Shown: one piece after another, positions 21,213 to 24,000 of the stretch | Position numbering within the stretch: position 1 is the stretch's first letter | Layout: every line of letters begins with the position of its first letter | Assembly (NCBI GenBank): GCA_046047955.1 | Contig: JBJOHC010000109.1 | Span: forward strand, 676-24,675 | Origin: Planctomycetota bacterium | Lineage (GTDB): Bacteria > Planctomycetota > Phycisphaerae > Phycisphaerales > SM1A02 | Length of the DNA stretch: 24,000 bases | Reading direction: 5' to 3' | Position numbers and translations under genes: made by a program | Notes under the pieces: generated by a model | What the model was told of the DNA's origin: nothing | What the model saw: the letters and a program-made list of their open reading frames with translations, nothing else | The model's database searches: none

Positions 21213-22217
21213 GTGGCCGACTTCACCGTTCCCTCCCTCCCGACCCTCGATTCGCTCGCCGGCCGCTCGGTCCTCCGACTGACCGACCTCGAGCCCGCGC
21301 AGATCCCCGCGCTCCTCGCGCTCGCCCGCGATCTGAAGCGCGACTACGCGCGGTACGCGGGCAGCCTCGCGCAGCGCTCGCTCGTCATGCTCTTCGAGAA
21401 GCCCTCGCTCCGGACGCGCGTGAGCTTCGAGCTCGGCTTCCAGAAGCTCGGCGGCGGCGTCTCGTTCCTCGATCACCGCAGCGAGCCGATCGGCGCGCGC
21501 GAACCCGTCGGCGACTACGGACGCAACCTCGAGCGCTGGGCCGATGTCATCGTCGCCCGCGTCTTCCGCCACGAGACGCTCGTCGCGCTGCGCGACCACT
21601 GCCGCGTGCCCGTCGTGAACGCGCTCAGCGAGATCGCGCACCCGTGCCAGGCGCTCGCCGACGCGCTCACGCTCGTCGAACACGGCGTCGATCTCGCGTC
21701 GATGCACCTCGCCTGGACGGGCGACGGCAACAACGTCTGCCGCTCGCTCATGACGCTGACCGCGATGTCGGGCGGCCGCATGACCGTGGTCACGCCCGCG
21801 GGTCACGCGCCGTGCCCGCGCTTCGTCGCCGAAACGCAGGCGATCGCCGCCACGACCGGCGCGCGCGTCGAGACGACGACCGACCTCCGCGCGATCGCCG
21901 GCGCCGACGCCGTCTACGCCGACGCGTGGATCTCGATGGGCGAGACCGACAGCGCCGAGAAGACCGCGGCGCTGCGCGCGCTCCAGGTCACGCCCGAGGT
22001 CATGGACCTCGCGGGGCCGTCGGCGCGCTTCATGCACTGCCTTCCCGCGCATCGCGGCGAGGAGGTCGTCGACGCCGTCATCGATGGACCGCGCTCGATC
22101 GTCTACGACCAGGCCGAGAACCGCATGCACGCGCAGAACGCGCTCCTTCTCGCGCTTCTCGGCGCGATTCCCACGAACCGTCCCGCGCCGCGCGAAGCCG
22201 CCGGCCTCGCGCGCTGA
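21213..22217 (+). CDS. argF: Ornithine carbamoyltransferase
   Basis: ORF 21213..22217 (GTG start; AAAGGA 10 nt upstream). FEKPSLRTRVSFE is the carbamoyl-phosphate site, with HPCQALAD, DAWISMGE (the DxxxSMG ornithine loop) and HCLPAHRGEEV. Confidence 0.9.
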   Translation: MADFTVPSLPTLDSLAGRSVLRLTDLEPAQIPALLALARDLKRDYARYAGSLAQRSLVMLFEKPSLRTRVSFELGFQKLGGGVSFLDHRSEPIGAREPVGDYGRNLERWADVIVARVFRHETLVALRDHCRVPVVNALSEIAHPCQALADALTLVEHGVDLASMHLAWTGDGNNVCRSLMTLTAMSGGRMTVVTPAGHAPCPRFVAETQAIAATTGARVETTTDLRAIAGADAVYADAWISMGETDSAEKTAALRALQVTPEVMDLAGPSARFMHCLPAHRGEEVVDAVIDGPRSIVYDQAENRMHAQNALLLALLGAIPTNRPAPREAAGLAR

Positions 22218-22240
22218 ACCGCACGCTCCGATCCGCCACG

Positions 22241-22332
22241 CACGACACGCATCCACGACAGGCATCCACGACACTCCCCCCACGACACGCAGCCACGACA
22301 GGCATCCACGACACGCCTCCACGAGAACCGAA
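22241..22332 (+). repeat. C/A-rich 13-nt tandem repeat (CACGACAsGCAyC), 7 copies, organised as a duplicated 40-nt higher-order unit; fills the argF-argG spacer
   Basis: Units start at 22241, 22254, 22267 (14 nt), 22281, 22294, 22307 and 22320. Block 22241-22280 is nearly identical to block 22281-22320. Confidence 0.9.
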
Positions 22333-22346
22333 GGACAACGCACCCG

Positions 22347-23657
22347 ATGACCACCCCCACCACCAGCTCCGCCTTCAAGCCGAAGAAGGTCTGCGTCGCC
22401 TACTCGGGCGGCCTCGACACCTCCTGCATCATCCCCTGGCTCGTCGAGACCTACGGCTGCGAGGTCGTCGCCTGCGTCGCCGATGTCGGCCAGGGCGCGC
22501 GCGAGCTCGAGGGGATCGAGGCGAAGGCGATCCGCACGGGCGCCGTCGAGTGCCGCATCGTCGACCTCCGCAAGGACTTCCTCGAGGAGTTCGCCTTCCC
22601 GATGGCGATCTCGGGCGCGGTCTACGAGGGCCGCTACCTGATGGGCACCTCGATCGCGCGGCCGATCATCGCGCGCGCGCAGGTCGAGGTCGCGCTCGCG
22701 ACCGGCTGCGACGCGCTCTGCCACGGCTGCACGGGCAAGGGCAACGACCAGGTGCGCTTCGAGTCGACCTACGCGTCGCTCGCGCCGCAGCTGCCCGTCA
22801 TCGCGCCGTGGCGCATCTGGAACCTGCGCAGCCGCGAGGCGATGCTCGCCTACCTCAAGGAGCGCGACATCCCCTGCTCGGCGAGCGCCGAGAAGATCTA
22901 CTCTCGCGACGCGAACATCTGGCACATCTCGCACGAGGGCGGCGAGCTCGAGGATCCGTGGAACGCCCCGCCCGAGGATGTGTGGATGATCTCGGCGAAC
23001 CCGAAGGACGCGCCCGACCAGTACGAGGACGCGATGCTCACCTTCTCGAAGGGCCGGCCCACGCACCTCAACGGGAAGGCGCTCGACCCCGTCGCGCTCC
23101 TCTCCGAACTCAACGCGATCGGCGGCCGCAACGGCGTCGGCCGCATCGACATCTGCGAGAACCGGCTCGTGGGCATGAAGAGCCGCGGCGTCTACGAGAC
23201 GCCCGGCGGCACGATCCTGATGGAGGCGCTGCGCGGCCTCGAGCAGCTCGTCCTCGACCGCGAGACGCTCCACTTCCGCGAACGGCTCGCGCTCGACTTC
23301 GCGAAGATCGTCTACAACGGCACCTGGTTCAGCCCGACGCGCGAGGCGATGTGGGCCTCGTTCGAGGCGATCGCGCAGTCGCTCGACGGCGATGTCGTCG
23401 TGCGCTGCTACAAGGGGCGCGCCGAGGCGGTCCGCCGCCGCTCGCCGAAGTCGCTCTTCTCGCACGATTTCGCGACCTTCGGCGAGGACGAGGTCTACGA
23501 CCACAGGCACAGCGAGGGCTTCATCCGCCTCTTCAGCCTGCCGCTCCGGATCCGCGCGCTCCTCGGGCTCAATCCCGACGCGACGAAGATGGCCGCGACG
23601 GCGAAGCCCGCCGGCTGCTGCGGCGGCTCCTGCCACACCGAGAAGGCGCACGCCTGA
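22347..23657 (+). CDS. argG: Argininosuccinate synthase with a short Cys-rich C-terminal tail
   Basis: ORF 22347..23657. [13 protein letters not shown] is the N-type ATP pyrophosphatase P-loop, with [13 protein letters not shown] and [23 protein letters not shown] lies about 11 nt upstream of the ATG. The tail is ...[17 protein letters not shown]. Confidence 0.95.
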   Translation: MTTPTTSSAFKPKKVCVAYSGGLDTSCIIPWLVETYGCEVVACVADVGQGARELEGIEAKAIRTGAVECRIVDLRKDFLEEFAFPMAISGAVYEGRYLMGTSIARPIIARAQVEVALATGCDALCHGCTGKGNDQVRFESTYASLAPQLPVIAPWRIWNLRSREAMLAYLKERDIPCSASAEKIYSRDANIWHISHEGGELEDPWNAPPEDVWMISANPKDAPDQYEDAMLTFSKGRPTHLNGKALDPVALLSELNAIGGRNGVGRIDICENRLVGMKSRGVYETPGGTILMEALRGLEQLVLDRETLHFRERLALDFAKIVYNGTWFSPTREAMWASFEAIAQSLDGDVVVRCYKGRAEAVRRRSPKSLFSHDFATFGEDEVYDHRHSEGFIRLFSLPLRIRALLGLNPDATKMAATAKPAGCCGGSCHTEKAHA

Positions 23658-23678
23658 TCCGCGAATCCCGCAGACCCA

Positions 23679-23708
23679 CGCGGCGCTCCCCCGACGGGGA
23701 GCGCCGCG
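23679..23708 (+). other. GC-rich hairpin (13-bp stem, 4-nt loop) in the argG-argH spacer, without a U-tract
   Basis: CGCGGCGCTCCCC (23679-23691), loop CGAC, GGGGAGCGCCGCG (23696-23708). Followed by attccgcttcaatcc, which is not T-rich. Confidence 0.6.
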
Positions 23709-23772
23709 ATTCCGCTTCAATCCCCCCTTCGTCCCGCACGACGAACGCACACCCCACCGAGGGCATCACCGG

Positions 23773-24000
23773 ATGACCACCGCGATCTGGGCAGGCCGAC
23801 TCGAAGGCCAGGCCGACGACCTCTTCCGCGAGTTCAACGACTCGCTCTCCTTCGACCGCGCGCTCGTCCGCGAGGACATCGAGGGCTCGATCCACTGGTC
23901 GAAGGCGATCATGCGCGCCGGCGTCATCGACGAGGCCGAGCAGGCCTCGATCGAGGCGGCGCTCGGCGAGATCCTCGCGATGGTCGTCGACGATCCGTCG
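23773..24000 (+). CDS. argH: Argininosuccinate lyase, 5' portion (runs off the right window edge)
   Basis: Not listed in the ORF track because it has no stop within the window. ATG 23773 opens MTTAIWAGRLEGQADDLFREFNDSLSFDRALVREDIEGSIHWSKAIMRAGVIDEAEQASIEAALGEI, which matches the conserved ArgH N-terminus (W.GRF....F..S..FD..L...DI.GS.AH). Confidence 0.85.
   Translation, partial: MTTAIWAGRLEGQADDLFREFNDSLSFDRALVREDIEGSIHWSKAIMRAGVIDEAEQASIEAALGEILAMVVDDPS

Noticed and set aside
21213-22217. Possibility that argF encodes an acetyl- or succinyl-ornithine carbamoyltransferase variant, because of SLRTR in place of STRTR
   Set aside because: The canonical ornithine-binding DxxxSMG loop (DAWISMGE) and the HCLP motif are present, which favours an ordinary OTCase. 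Confirming this would need a phylogenetic placement.
22241-22332. Possible CRISPR array (this and the other tandem repeats)
   Set aside because: The units are 8-19 nt and directly abut one another with no unique spacers. No cas genes are present in the window.
20040-23776. 1236-aa minus-strand and 1161-aa plus-strand ORFs covering the arg genes
   Set aside because: These are off-frame or antisense to argC, argB, argF and argG, which all have unmistakable conserved motifs. The translations are Arg-rich and low-complexity.
1-24000. Scan for mobile elements, defence systems (restriction-modification, toxin-antitoxin, Cas, abortive infection), secretion-system genes, or a classical biosynthetic cluster core (PKS/NRPS/terpene)
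   Set aside because: No ORF shows transposase, integrase or recombinase motifs, nuclease/ATPase defence signatures, or megasynthase domains. No inverted terminal repeats or target-site duplications were seen.

Overview
Very GC-rich bacterial chromosomal DNA; in most genes the third codon position is almost always G or C. Coding is dense. I support 20 protein-coding genes, one or two of them cut by the window edges. I found no rRNA or tRNA genes, no CRISPR array, and no recognisable transposase, integrase or phage genes.

Left part (3-5212): a Rieske::flavodoxin-like FMN-reductase fusion gene converges on a four-gene minus-strand operon. All three junctions of that operon are ATGA start/stop overlaps. 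It encodes a 3-TM protein, a six-TM ferric-reductase-like membrane domain (two His pairs, di-heme type) fused to a cytoplasmic Rieske domain, a single-pass protein with a C-x15-C-x3-C-x10-C cluster, and an LCAT/PGAP1-like lipase with a possible lipobox. This is my best candidate for an undescribed system (trans-membrane redox plus envelope lipid chemistry).

Middle part (5357-16172): a DinB-like / NRDE (TANGO2-like) / DedA(VTT)::ATP-grasp operon; a 696-aa secreted multidomain protein with PPC-like modules, a Cys-rich module and two dockerin-like C-terminal repeats; a compositionally atypical cytochrome P450 convergent with a PAPS-type sulfotransferase; and a secreted beta-helix/PA14 protein.

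Right part (16512-24000): a stand-alone infC with its own terminator, a divergent polysaccharide-deacetylase-like hypothetical gene, then argR-argC-argB-argF-argG-argH (5' part only). The arg cluster is preceded by the only AT-rich island in the window, which holds a sigma70-like promoter and an ARG-box-like near-palindrome.

Non-genic signal: six unrelated short tandem repeats (units of 19, 12, 17, 11, 8 and 13 nt) all sit at gene ends or in spacers. The most striking is 7 copies of a C/A-rich 13-mer filling the argF-argG spacer.

Lineage cannot be determined without a database search. The dockerin-like DxDGNGTTDAADLAALLGxWG repeats and the extreme GC suggest a Planctomycetota/Phycisphaerae-like or similar high-GC organism; this is inference only.
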